Shown: piece by piece, positions 19,347-28,769 of the stretch | Layout of the letters: every line of letters begins with the position of its first letter | Position numbering within the stretch: position 1 is the stretch's first letter | Virus record (IMG/VR): IMGVR_UViG_3300017917_002644 | Location: 10,635-74,634 of that record | Length of the DNA stretch: 64,000 nucleotides | DNA from: a virus | Strand: one strand, 5' to 3' | Position numbers and translations under genes: made by a program | The notes under the pieces: generated by a model | Told to the model about the DNA's origin: nothing | What the model saw: the letters and a program-made list of their open reading frames with translations, nothing else | Databases searched by the model: none

Positions 19347-20773
19347 ATTCCAACAACTAAATGTGTTAAGTTTTCAACTTTTGATTTACTATGTTGTTTA
19401 TACTGTAAGTTTGATAAACCATCTTCTTTAGTATTTCTATATCCTTTTTCAACTTCGTTATGAAACTTTAGTTGATTGTATCGTGTTGTTATGTTTTTCC
19501 AAGCACCATTCACATATCCGTTTTCATCATGTTCCAATAATTCAAACTTACCATCTCTTCTATGAGGAATGTTTACTACTTTTATATCATCGTATGTATA
19601 TCCAACTATTTCACAACCATTTATTTTTCCATCATTGCCGTTTCCACTTAAATCCATTAATTTATAATCTTTTACAAATTTGGCATCATAGTATGTTACT
19701 AAGTTTTCTGATGATTTATAGTTTCCAAAATTCGAAGTTAAACCAAAGTGTTTATTAGTAGAAATCTCTAATATTTCAGAACTACTCAATGATTTGTTAA
19801 ATATTGCAAATGAATTTATTAATCCTCTAAAATATGTTTTATCTTCGTGAGTTTTAACATATGGATTTGCACATCCTAAATAAAAGTTTTTTTCTTTTTT
19901 ATAATCGTATAATGAGTTTTCAAAATAATCTGTTCCTATAATTTCTCCGTCTTGGAACATCTTTACCATTTTCAATGTTGGATTTACAGTTGCTACTATT
20001 GTAGTTTTGTAATTTGGTTTTAGGTCTGAATTAATATAACATACATTTCCTTTATCATCAAATAATTCTAAACAGTATCTTCGGTAACCATTGTAAGTTA
20101 TTCTGAAATCATATCCTGGAATAGAAAATACTGTGAATATATCGTTTATTTTTTGATGGTCACAAATCAAATCATCTGGATAAAAAGATGTAAATATAGT
20201 AAATTTTTTTGTAAAATCAATTACATTTTTACCAATAACATATGCATCGTTTCCGCTAAACTTTAATGCTGCCGTATTTACTCCTGATGTTTGAATTTCT
20301 TTTGAGTTTAAAGGTATGTTGTTTTGTGAACATCTATACAATAAATCATCATCTTCAAATCCCCAACCCCAATAATCATTAGAATATCCGTTTATTTTTT
20401 CAAAAACATCTATTGGAAATATAGTTACCCCACCAAAGTATTCATCAAATGTGATTCTTTTGAAATCAGAATTTCTTGATTTTAGATTACTTGCCAAATG
20501 GATAGGAATATCGGAATATGAATAATCCACATCAATTGGAAGCATATCTACATCGTGAAATACTACATAATCACATTTAATTCTTTTTGCTTCTTTAAAT
20601 CCAATGTTTAATAACTTGCCTCTATTGAATTCTGTTGCATCATCTTGCTCTACAATAATCAATTCAAAATCAATTCCTTTTGATTTTAAATATTTTGTGA
20701 TAGAACTCTTAAATGTTTGTAATTGTTCGTAACGATTTCTGTAAGGAACTATAACCCCTAATTTTTTACTCAT
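19343..20773 (-). CDS. GT7 glycosyltransferase with inserted LamG domain (paralogue)
   Basis: VPYRNR, FNRGKLLN, HDVD, YFGG, GYSNDYWGWGFEDDD, DLSGNGNDG, DGLSNLQY. Confidence 0.85.
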   Translation of the reverse strand: MSKKLGVIVPYRNRYEQLQTFKSSITKYLKSKGIDFELIIVEQDDATEFNRGKLLNIGFKEAKRIKCDYVVFHDVDMLPIDVDYSYSDIPIHLASNLKSRNSDFKRITFDEYFGGVTIFPIDVFEKINGYSNDYWGWGFEDDDLLYRCSQNNIPLNSKEIQTSGVNTAALKFSGNDAYVIGKNVIDFTKKFTIFTSFYPDDLICDHQKINDIFTVFSIPGYDFRITYNGYRRYCLELFDDKGNVCYINSDLKPNYKTTIVATVNPTLKMVKMFQDGEIIGTDYFENSLYDYKKEKNFYLGCANPYVKTHEDKTYFRGLINSFAIFNKSLSSSEILEISTNKHFGLTSNFGNYKSSENLVTYYDAKFVKDYKLMDLSGNGNDGKINGCEIVGYTYDDIKVVNIPHRRDGKFELLEHDENGYVNGAWKNITTRYNQLKFHNEVEKGYRNTKEDGLSNLQYKQHSKSKVENLTHLVVGI

Positions 20774-20960
20774 TATCTTTTACGGAATTTTTGTGCCATT
20801 CTGCAAGATAGTATTGTATTCTATCACTCCACTCATCTTTATCCACTTCTTCAAACCAAACGGTAAGTGCATCTACTGTACTTGCAATCTTTTCTAATGC
20901 TTTTACTTTTCTTTGTTCCAAAAGTAATTGTTCTTTCTGAAATTCTGTTAATTCACTCAT
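20766..20960 (-). CDS. Hypothetical protein (64 aa)
   Basis: ORF overlapping both neighbours within the operon. Confidence 0.7.
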   Translation of the reverse strand: MSELTEFQKEQLLLEQRKVKALEKIASTVDALTVWFEEVDKDEWSDRIQYYLAEWHKNSVKDNE

Positions 20961-21814
20961 ATTGATACTATTTTATTTAATAACTTTTTCCAATTTTTGT
21001 AGTATGTATAGTTTTTTTGTTCAACCTTGCTGAACATATATTTTGGGTTTTCTAAATCAATCTTAAATCCGTTTCTTCTTAATCCTTTATACATTTTTTC
21101 ATATTCATCAGAATAAGAATAATCTTTTTTCTCATCTGCAACTGCTTTTATTCTTTCTATACAGGTTTTATCCCACTTAAAATGATGAACTTGCACATTG
21201 TATTTTTCTATTGGTGCAATTAGTGGGTGATTCCAACCTTGCCATTTCCAAGTTGTGTGTCCATCTATTTTTGCATAGTGTTGTCCATTAGTTATTTCAA
21301 TATCACCCTTTACTATACAAATCTTATTCGGACAAGCTCCACTCATTGGATATCTAAAAAATCCTGCATATGGAAACTGTTTGAATATATCCTCACCATC
21401 TACTATTTCCGCAAACTCTCCATCTAATCCAATTCTATCTATAAATCCACCTCTAACAATATCCCAACCATTGGTTTCACAATCTTTTATTATAGTTTCT
21501 AATGGTAGTGAATATAAATGGAACTCATCATCATCTGAAACTACCCACCAATCATTTGGGTGTAACCCCTTTACTCTATTATATAATTTTGTAACGGTTT
21601 CCCAATTGTATTTTTCATGCACCTCCCTCAATACTATTCTTGCATTTGAGAATTGTTTAACTATATCATTTACAGAATCGTAAGTTGTAGTTTTTTCCCA
21701 TTCATAAACTACTACATACATCTCATCTACCAAATCTTTGTAATGGTTTAACATATGCCAAAGAGTGTTAGTTCTTGAGCCAGTAACAGTAACCAATCTT
21801 ATTTTGGTATTCAT
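20957..21814 (-). CDS. GT-A fold glycosyltransferase (GT2-like)
   Basis: WWVVSDDDEF DxD motif, GQH, VHHFKW. Confidence 0.7.
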   Translation of the reverse strand: MNTKIRLVTVTGSRTNTLWHMLNHYKDLVDEMYVVVYEWEKTTTYDSVNDIVKQFSNARIVLREVHEKYNWETVTKLYNRVKGLHPNDWWVVSDDDEFHLYSLPLETIIKDCETNGWDIVRGGFIDRIGLDGEFAEIVDGEDIFKQFPYAGFFRYPMSGACPNKICIVKGDIEITNGQHYAKIDGHTTWKWQGWNHPLIAPIEKYNVQVHHFKWDKTCIERIKAVADEKKDYSYSDEYEKMYKGLRRNGFKIDLENPKYMFSKVEQKNYTYYKNWKKLLNKIVSI

Positions 21815-22569
21815 TTTTTTGTTAGTAATGTTATGCCAGTGCTAGATGTATTCTTATCAAATATACGAAAATTATTTAACTTTACCAAATTCCATTCAGA
21901 ATTATTTTCCAATTCTTTTACAAATTTTGCAGGTCCATCGAATGGTTGAAAATCTTTTTTAGCATCTTCTGTAACAATCATAGTATCGTGATATTGTTGG
22001 TCTGTATCGTGGATTGTGATTATTCCGTTTTCGTTCATTATAGTAGAATATAATTCAAAATCTTTTTTTACTCCTTCGTAAGAATGGTCACCATCAATAT
22101 GTAAGTAGTCAATCTTAATATCTTGTCGGATAAAATAATCATAGAATGCTTTTTCTGATGTTTCTAAAATAACCTGCGGTTGAAAGTGTGTTCTTAAAAA
22201 ACTATTTTCTTCTGTCCAATCAGTAAATCCACCAATTCCGTTTGCAGCATCAATAATGATTGTAGTTCCAATATCCCCCCACTCTGTTGAATTATTACCT
22301 TTAAATACCCCCTGCTCCCAAAGGTCTTTTCTTGCCTGTGTCATTATTCGTGGTATAAACCCACCACCACTACCAATACACACACATACTTTTGCTCTAA
22401 TGAATTGTATAAAAGAATATATTAATAACCCATCACCTAAATGTAAATCCGTTGCACCATGTGACCAACGATATTTTACTGGTTCTAAAATCATTTGACC
22501 AGTCTCTCCATCTATAATATGGTTGTTTGTTAAGAATTGTTTTATTAGTGTTTCGTTAAGTAACTGCAT
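21811..22569 (-). CDS. Class I SAM-dependent methyltransferase (Methyltransf_24-like)
   Basis: CIGSGGG motif I, HIDGDHSYEGVKKDF, IHDT. Confidence 0.85.
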   Translation of the reverse strand: MQLLNETLIKQFLTNNHIIDGETGQMILEPVKYRWSHGATDLHLGDGLLIYSFIQFIRAKVCVCIGSGGGFIPRIMTQARKDLWEQGVFKGNNSTEWGDIGTTIIIDAANGIGGFTDWTEENSFLRTHFQPQVILETSEKAFYDYFIRQDIKIDYLHIDGDHSYEGVKKDFELYSTIMNENGIITIHDTDQQYHDTMIVTEDAKKDFQPFDGPAKFVKELENNSEWNLVKLNNFRIFDKNTSSTGITLLTKK

Positions 22570-23531
22570 ATTTGTTTAATCCATTCCGATTTATTATCGT
22601 ATTTTTTTAATCCGTTTTTTAGTTTATTAAATTGTTCTGTATTTTCATCAATTGATGTACCTAATATATCATTATAAACTGAAACGAATTCTTCTTTACT
22701 TCTTGCTCTCCATTTGTAATCAATATCTTTCATCCAATCTGTATGTATTATTGGTAATTTTCCATTATCAACCGCATCAAATCCTGCGTACCCAAATGGT
22801 TCCTTTGTATAACAAGCGTGAAATATTTGAAAATTCTTTTGAAAAAACTTGTTATGAAATTTGTAATTGAATTCTATGTATTGATGCTTTGAATTATCTA
22901 TTTTAGAACCTTCTAACATTCTTAAATAATCATATTTGTTTGAGAATACATATGCAGGTAGGTTATCTAAATAGTGTGGGTTCTTTCTTGTTTCACATCT
23001 TGCCGCATATCCAATCCTATCACTTAATACTCCTAAAAATGGTCGGTTTTCCTTAAATTCGTAATAGTTTGTTACCGTTTTTGTTTTTGGATATTGTGAA
23101 TGTATTGTATCATTTTCGTAACCAATCCAAACTATGTTTTCCGAATTATCTAATATTTTTTGTTGCCATTCCCAATCTAATTTTGTCATTATGTTTTCAT
23201 AATCATTATTTAAACCAATCAGGTCTGGAATATATGCGTGAACAAATGTTATGTAAGTTTTGTGTAAGTATTTATCAATTATTTTGTTCCAACGATATGA
23301 ATGGTGTAGGAATACTATTTTATCACATTTATCTAAAACCTGATTTATTTCGGTTTCGTTACCAAATGTATAAAGTGCGTTTTTATCAGTATCATTATAA
23401 GGTCTACCATCAATCACAATTTTGTATTCCTCATCTATTAAGTTTAGAATGTTTTTGACAAAATTATTACACCAGATGTCAGAACCACCTATAACATTTT
23501 TTCCGTAACCAGTTGTTATGAATACTATCAT
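22545..23531 (-). CDS. GT-B fold glycosyltransferase (GT4-like)
   Basis: GGSDIW N-terminal motif, ARCETRKN, EPFGYAGFDAVDNGKLPI. Confidence 0.7.
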   Translation of the reverse strand: MIVFITTGYGKNVIGGSDIWCNNFVKNILNLIDEEYKIVIDGRPYNDTDKNALYTFGNETEINQVLDKCDKIVFLHHSYRWNKIIDKYLHKTYITFVHAYIPDLIGLNNDYENIMTKLDWEWQQKILDNSENIVWIGYENDTIHSQYPKTKTVTNYYEFKENRPFLGVLSDRIGYAARCETRKNPHYLDNLPAYVFSNKYDYLRMLEGSKIDNSKHQYIEFNYKFHNKFFQKNFQIFHACYTKEPFGYAGFDAVDNGKLPIIHTDWMKDIDYKWRARSKEEFVSVYNDILGTSIDENTEQFNKLKNGLKKYDNKSEWIKQICSYLTKH

Positions 23532-26500
23532 ACACTTCCACTTATTATTTCTTCTAATTGGTTTACTTTATTAGATAATTCTTGTATTGCTTTTATCATT
23601 GGTGCAATAAATTCATCATATCTCAATCCAAGTTCAGTATTTTCTTCTAAATTTCCAATAATATATCCTGCAAAATCATCAGTACTAATTCCACTATCTT
23701 CAATTGCTTCTTTAACTTCTTGAGCAATTAAACCATAATGGGTTCTTTTACCAGGAATAATTTCTTTTACTTCTCTATTAAATTCAGGACCATCTTCATA
23801 TACTACACTTCCTGTTATAAATTTATAAGATACAGGATTTAATTTATTTATAAAATCTAAACCAAGATTAGATGAAACTATTTCTGTTTTTTTGTTTATA
23901 TCCGATGTTTGTATAGCACCATTAGTTGCCCATATATCTTTCCACTTATATACAGAAGAACCTAAATTAAAAGTACCACTTGCACCAGGATATACGTTAG
24001 TACCAAAAGAAGATGTTTCATTTGTGTTATTTCCACCTACTTGTAATATTATTTTATTATTCAATGAATAACCATAACTACCAATAGTTGCGTTGCCATA
24101 AATATATCCTTTTCCTTGTGCAATTATTGCTTCGTTATTTATTTGTTCAGTATAATCAGCACCATATGCTTCAAAATATGCAATTGAACCAACATTTTCA
24201 AATAATTGCGTTCCATCATCTATATTTGAACTATCTCTTCTTGTTATTCTTGTATATGCGGTTTGTGATGATGCTACTTGAATTCCTTTACCAGTTATTT
24301 CCGTTTTGTTTATATCTTGAGATATTGTAAAATCATCTATCGGAATTGCGTAAGAATTTCCATGATATGAAGTTGCAGTATTATCATAATATGTTTCGGT
24401 ATTTGTAACATAATTTACAATTTTTCCAGAACCTGCAATAACTTCTAATCTCAATCTTGCTTTATATTTTGCCTCCGTTGTTATAGGTATATTTTTTATA
24501 GCAACTCCACCAACATCTCCCTCATATGTTGCTGAAAAACTTTGAGTATATGGACCTAACCAATATCTCATACCTCTACTATCTGTTGTTCCAACGTAGT
24601 AAGTATATGAATATGCACCAACTCTAACCGTTTGTGCTATGTAATGAGTATCTATTAAAGTAGTACCCGCTTCATCGTAAACATCTAATATCCAATATAA
24701 TCTTGAAGTTCTAGGTGTTGCAAATTGTGAATAATAAACTTGTCCAGGAACAGCAGTATATGGGGGTGGTGATGAAACTGCACTTATTGTACCTGCAGTT
24801 TGAGTTAAAGATGTTGTTGGTACTATTACTCTAAATGCATTTATACCGACTTTAACATTTGTTGGAGTTCCTGGTGCAACTGATTCACTTACAGAAATAC
24901 CAAAAGACCCACTATACATAACTGAAACACTTGATGATTCTTGAGTTAGTCCTGCATATGCAGTTCGGTTTCCATCGGTTCCAATATATGATGCTCCACT
25001 GATGTATAATTGTTGTGTTGTAAAATCCGTAAATGCGTCAAGTGAATTTAACACAATTTTAGCAGATGCATTTGATGCTGTATAAAATTCTATTTGTGGT
25101 AAGGATGCATCTAAAATTAACAAAGAACCAGACCCAATCATTTGAGTTGATGTTAATACAAATCCCCCAACCGTACCATTGTCTGCAGTGATAGTTCCAT
25201 TTATATCTGCACCTGTCGCAGTTAAGTGACCTTGTTCATTTACAGTAAATCCATCTCCAATAGATATTGCACCACCGACTATATTATTACCAAATAAAGT
25301 TCCACCTATTATATTAGAACCAGATATTGTTCCGGATACATTTAATGTAGCTCCATCAAAATATAATTTATCTTTTAAAGAAAATTTACCGTCACCATCT
25401 AAATAAACTGCCGTATCTGAATTATTGTAATTTCCACTTCCAACATATATTCTTCTTGTTGAGGTTGTAGCATCTAATGTTATAGGGTTAGTGTTTCCAA
25501 CTGTTACTTTGCCAGAAAAATATCCCAAATTACCCGCAATAATAGGTGAAATAACACTGTTATTACTTATTAACGTACCACCACTATATGTTCCATTTGC
25601 AATTGAATCTGCAATTGCTTTTGAACTACTAAAAGCTGCTGATGCAGAAAGTGATGCGGATGCTGCGGCATTACTACCAACTGTATTTACAAACGTTTGA
25701 GTTGCCGCATTTCCTCCGGTAACATTTATTGTTCCGTTTACTGTAAGGGTTGTTCCATCCCAAGAAAGTTTATCAGCAAGTGAAAATATGTTCGATGAAC
25801 CTGATTTGAAATAGAATGGAGTATTTGAGTTGTTATACATTCCGGTTCCAACGTACATTGCTCTATTTGGCCCATCCAAAGTTATACCATCTTGTCCAAC
25901 TTTGAATACTCCCGAAATGTAACCGTTCTGTCCACCTATTGCAGGAGAATAAATTGTAGTTTCACCTATGAACGAACCACTATAATTACCATCTGCTAAT
26001 TTTTGAAGTTCATCGGTTGCTAAATTAAAAGTGTAGTTGGATTGTGAAAGTGCGAAGTATGTAGATGCACTAAATGATGTACTTATGGATGAACTTAATG
26101 ATGTTATACTACCACTAACCGAACCACTAAGAGTATATAATGAACCACTAACTACTCCAATACTTCCACTTACAGAACTACTCAATGATGTTATAGAACC
26201 ACTTACAGATGAACTATTGGTAGTTATAGTTCCACTTATTGATGCCGAAACCGCATATAGGGCATCAAAGGAAGCAGATGAAGATGCACTAATAAATGCA
26301 ATTGCACCCGCAATATTATCATTACCACCTGTAAATGTTGCACTTGCTGTTACTGCAACTGGAACATAGTTATTGTTTATATCGTAAAATTCAAATTTAA
26401 AATTATAAGTTTCATTACCAATCACCGTTGGCATTGCCGTTATAAATGAAATTGAATCGGGTGAAAATGCTGTATCTTGAGATAATTTTAATGAAAGGTT

Positions 26501-27667
26501 ACCAATATGCCATTGTTGAAAAGATGATGTTAAATATCCATCAAATCCTAAATATAAACTTGCAGTTGGTTCTGGATTTGTTAATTGAAACTGAAATATT
26601 GTATCTTCTAAATTTTTAGTTGGTGTAACTCCATTTAATGTACCCACTAATACTTCACCATTGTTAGAACCACTTACATACACATTCATATCCATAGGGT
26701 CTGAACCTGAAAAGAATGCGTCAATTCCAAATTCGTAAACACTATTTTGAGATAAATTTAATGAAGATGTAAAGGTAAAATTACCCATATTTAAACCTAA
26801 TGGAGATAATTTAACACCATTATCAATACGGGTCGAATCTAATGTAGCAGTTAGTTGTGGATAATTCCAAAGTTTATTTAAAACCTCCGAAGTCATAAAT
26901 CCCGCATTTCCAATCACACTACCACTCAATTCATAAGAGGTCAATAATTCTTTAGACTCTACTAAAATATCTTGAATTAAATCATAATCGGAAATATTTC
27001 CTTGCGAAGTTCTGTAAACTTTAACTCTTTTAACATCACCCGCAAACGTGTCAATATTTGAAACATTAACATTTGCAAATGATTGACTAATTCCAGAATT
27101 TACTTTTACACCATCTTCAATTCTATAAATTGGTTCTAATTCTTCAGTTATACTAACCGTCGGTCTTTTGTAAAAACGAATTTTGGTAGTATTTGCTAAT
27201 GTAGGATTTACATTGATTTGTTTTTCCCACTTTACGTTATATGTATCTTTCCAATTTTCAGGAACAGGAACTCTAACACCATTTGTTTCGTATTCACTTA
27301 ACTCTCCTAAAATTGTAATTGTAGCAGGACCGTATGCGGTATCAGGATATATGTAAACAGCAACTACCTTTGATGTTCCTTCATAATATTCACCTATAAA
27401 ACTTTCACCATTTAGTGAAGATGAAACACTACCCTCACCTGGCTCATAATAAATTGTATCACCTTTGGCATCCTTTATTTGAATCTTTATAATGGTATCA
27501 GGTACCAATTCAGTAGAACCTTGAATAAGGAAAGCATTTTTTCCACCTGTAAATGTATCTGGTAATTCGGTAATCTTAAAATACCTACTATTTGGGTCGG
27601 TGTCGTTTACTAATACATTTATGGTTTCTAACTTTTCATCAAATAATGTCTTTTTTAATATAGCCAT
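23528..27667 (-). CDS. Tail fibre/spike protein with C-terminal intramolecular chaperone (peptidase S74)
   Basis: Ser/Gly/Thr-rich repeats. C-terminal QTSDINKK..LNPVSY..HYGLIAQEV..LRYDEFIAPMIKAIQEL. Confidence 0.85.
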   Translation of the reverse strand: MAILKKTLFDEKLETINVLVNDTDPNSRYFKITELPDTFTGGKNAFLIQGSTELVPDTIIKIQIKDAKGDTIYYEPGEGSVSSSLNGESFIGEYYEGTSKVVAVYIYPDTAYGPATITILGELSEYETNGVRVPVPENWKDTYNVKWEKQINVNPTLANTTKIRFYKRPTVSITEELEPIYRIEDGVKVNSGISQSFANVNVSNIDTFAGDVKRVKVYRTSQGNISDYDLIQDILVESKELLTSYELSGSVIGNAGFMTSEVLNKLWNYPQLTATLDSTRIDNGVKLSPLGLNMGNFTFTSSLNLSQNSVYEFGIDAFFSGSDPMDMNVYVSGSNNGEVLVGTLNGVTPTKNLEDTIFQFQLTNPEPTASLYLGFDGYLTSSFQQWHIGNLSLKLSQDTAFSPDSISFITAMPTVIGNETYNFKFEFYDINNNYVPVAVTASATFTGGNDNIAGAIAFISASSSASFDALYAVSASISGTITTNSSSVSGSITSLSSSVSGSIGVVSGSLYTLSGSVSGSITSLSSSISTSFSASTYFALSQSNYTFNLATDELQKLADGNYSGSFIGETTIYSPAIGGQNGYISGVFKVGQDGITLDGPNRAMYVGTGMYNNSNTPFYFKSGSSNIFSLADKLSWDGTTLTVNGTINVTGGNAATQTFVNTVGSNAAASASLSASAAFSSSKAIADSIANGTYSGGTLISNNSVISPIIAGNLGYFSGKVTVGNTNPITLDATTSTRRIYVGSGNYNNSDTAVYLDGDGKFSLKDKLYFDGATLNVSGTISGSNIIGGTLFGNNIVGGAISIGDGFTVNEQGHLTATGADINGTITADNGTVGGFVLTSTQMIGSGSLLILDASLPQIEFYTASNASAKIVLNSLDAFTDFTTQQLYISGASYIGTDGNRTAYAGLTQESSSVSVMYSGSFGISVSESVAPGTPTNVKVGINAFRVIVPTTSLTQTAGTISAVSSPPPYTAVPGQVYYSQFATPRTSRLYWILDVYDEAGTTLIDTHYIAQTVRVGAYSYTYYVGTTDSRGMRYWLGPYTQSFSATYEGDVGGVAIKNIPITTEAKYKARLRLEVIAGSGKIVNYVTNTETYYDNTATSYHGNSYAIPIDDFTISQDINKTEITGKGIQVASSQTAYTRITRRDSSNIDDGTQLFENVGSIAYFEAYGADYTEQINNEAIIAQGKGYIYGNATIGSYGYSLNNKIILQVGGNNTNETSSFGTNVYPGASGTFNLGSSVYKWKDIWATNGAIQTSDINKKTEIVSSNLGLDFINKLNPVSYKFITGSVVYEDGPEFNREVKEIIPGKRTHYGLIAQEVKEAIEDSGISTDDFAGYIIGNLEENTELGLRYDEFIAPMIKAIQELSNKVNQLEEIISGSV

Positions 27668-27670
27668 TTG

Positions 27671-28474
27671 TTAGATTTTATTTATTTGGATTTTAATTTT
27701 TGGATTGTAACCTTTTGGTAATTCGTTTACAATTCCTTTAAACTCCTGCACTTTATCCTCAAAATATGTAAGTTCGAATATTTTATCCGTTAGATTCATA
27801 ACTGTCTGTGATGATGTCCACATTGAATCCGTTTGTCTTCTCATATTCAATTGTGAATCGGTTGGAAAATAATCTTTTCTCATCGCAGGTGCAATTTCTC
27901 TCCAATCTTTAACTTTATCAACTGCTTTTTCTGCTGATAATTTTCTCATTTTGGAAGAAAGATATTTTATACCATTTGTATATCCCGCATCTGTAAAAAC
28001 GTGCCCATGATTAGTTCTCACTATTGGAGATTTTACGTTTTGTGTTTTGATTTCTGGTTTATGTTTAGATGTAGTTTCAATACTAACCATATAACCAGGA
28101 GATGATATAAATGTATGTCCTTTTAATGATAATTTACTTTTACCTTTATATGTTACTGCCGCTGTTACAGCATCTTTAATATCTTTTTGTTTGATGATGT
28201 TTCTCATCTTATCACCATCAGGTCCTGGTTTACCTTTCTTTTTAACAATCTTTTTCTCCGCTTCATCGGCACCTACCATTAATGCAGAGTTTACAACACC
28301 CACTCCGTATTCATTCATACCCTCACTCCAATCGGTAGTTACGTCATGCAAATAGACAACTTCAACTCCATCCATAATTGTATGAACTATTTCCAAAACA
28401 GGTTTATACGCCCTATCTCTGTTTTTTGCTAAAATAAATTTGTCGTTTACCTCCTTAGATACGATTATACACAT
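27671..28474 (-). CDS. N-terminal nucleophile (Ntn) cysteine hydrolase (C45/NRDE-like)
   Basis: M-C N-terminus, AKNRDR, EGMNEYG, RTNH. Confidence 0.7.
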   Translation of the reverse strand: MCIIVSKEVNDKFILAKNRDRAYKPVLEIVHTIMDGVEVVYLHDVTTDWSEGMNEYGVGVVNSALMVGADEAEKKIVKKKGKPGPDGDKMRNIIKQKDIKDAVTAAVTYKGKSKLSLKGHTFISSPGYMVSIETTSKHKPEIKTQNVKSPIVRTNHGHVFTDAGYTNGIKYLSSKMRKLSAEKAVDKVKDWREIAPAMRKDYFPTDSQLNMRRQTDSMWTSSQTVMNLTDKIFELTYFEDKVQEFKGIVNELPKGYNPKIKIQINKI

Positions 28475-28544
28475 TGTTTGATAAAAAATAATTGTTCGGT
28501 AATAAATATCTACAAAAAAATAAAACCTACATATTTATCTTTAG

Positions 28545-28583
28545 AAAACTAATGTTTACTATAAAAAACTAAAGAAAACTAAA
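28545..28583 (+). repeat. Four 10-bp-phased direct repeats (AAAACTAA / ACTA core), putative operator array
   Basis: ACTA at 28548, 28558, 28568 and 28578, between the ATATTTAT motif (28531) and the ATG at 28587. Confidence 0.55.
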
Positions 28584-28586
28584 GTT

Positions 28587-28769
28587 ATGAAATATGCAAT
28601 GTTACAAATAAAAAAAGAAACCCACGAACTTCTCAAAGGATATTGTGAAGAACATGGGTTTAAGATGGGTAGTTTGGTTGAGAATTTAATTAAAAAACAT
28701 ATAGGTGTTTCTAATTCTAAATCCGCATCTGTGTTAAAAGCTGATAAGGTTAAAAGTCAATCTTACTAA
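28587..28769 (+). CDS. Small ribbon-helix-helix-like DNA-binding protein (only credible plus-strand gene)
   Basis: MKYAMLQIKKETHELLKGYCEEHGFKMGSLVENLIKKH fits a beta-alpha-alpha pattern. Has its own plus-strand ATATTTAT motif upstream. Confidence 0.7.
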   Translation: MKYAMLQIKKETHELLKGYCEEHGFKMGSLVENLIKKHIGVSNSKSASVLKADKVKSQSY

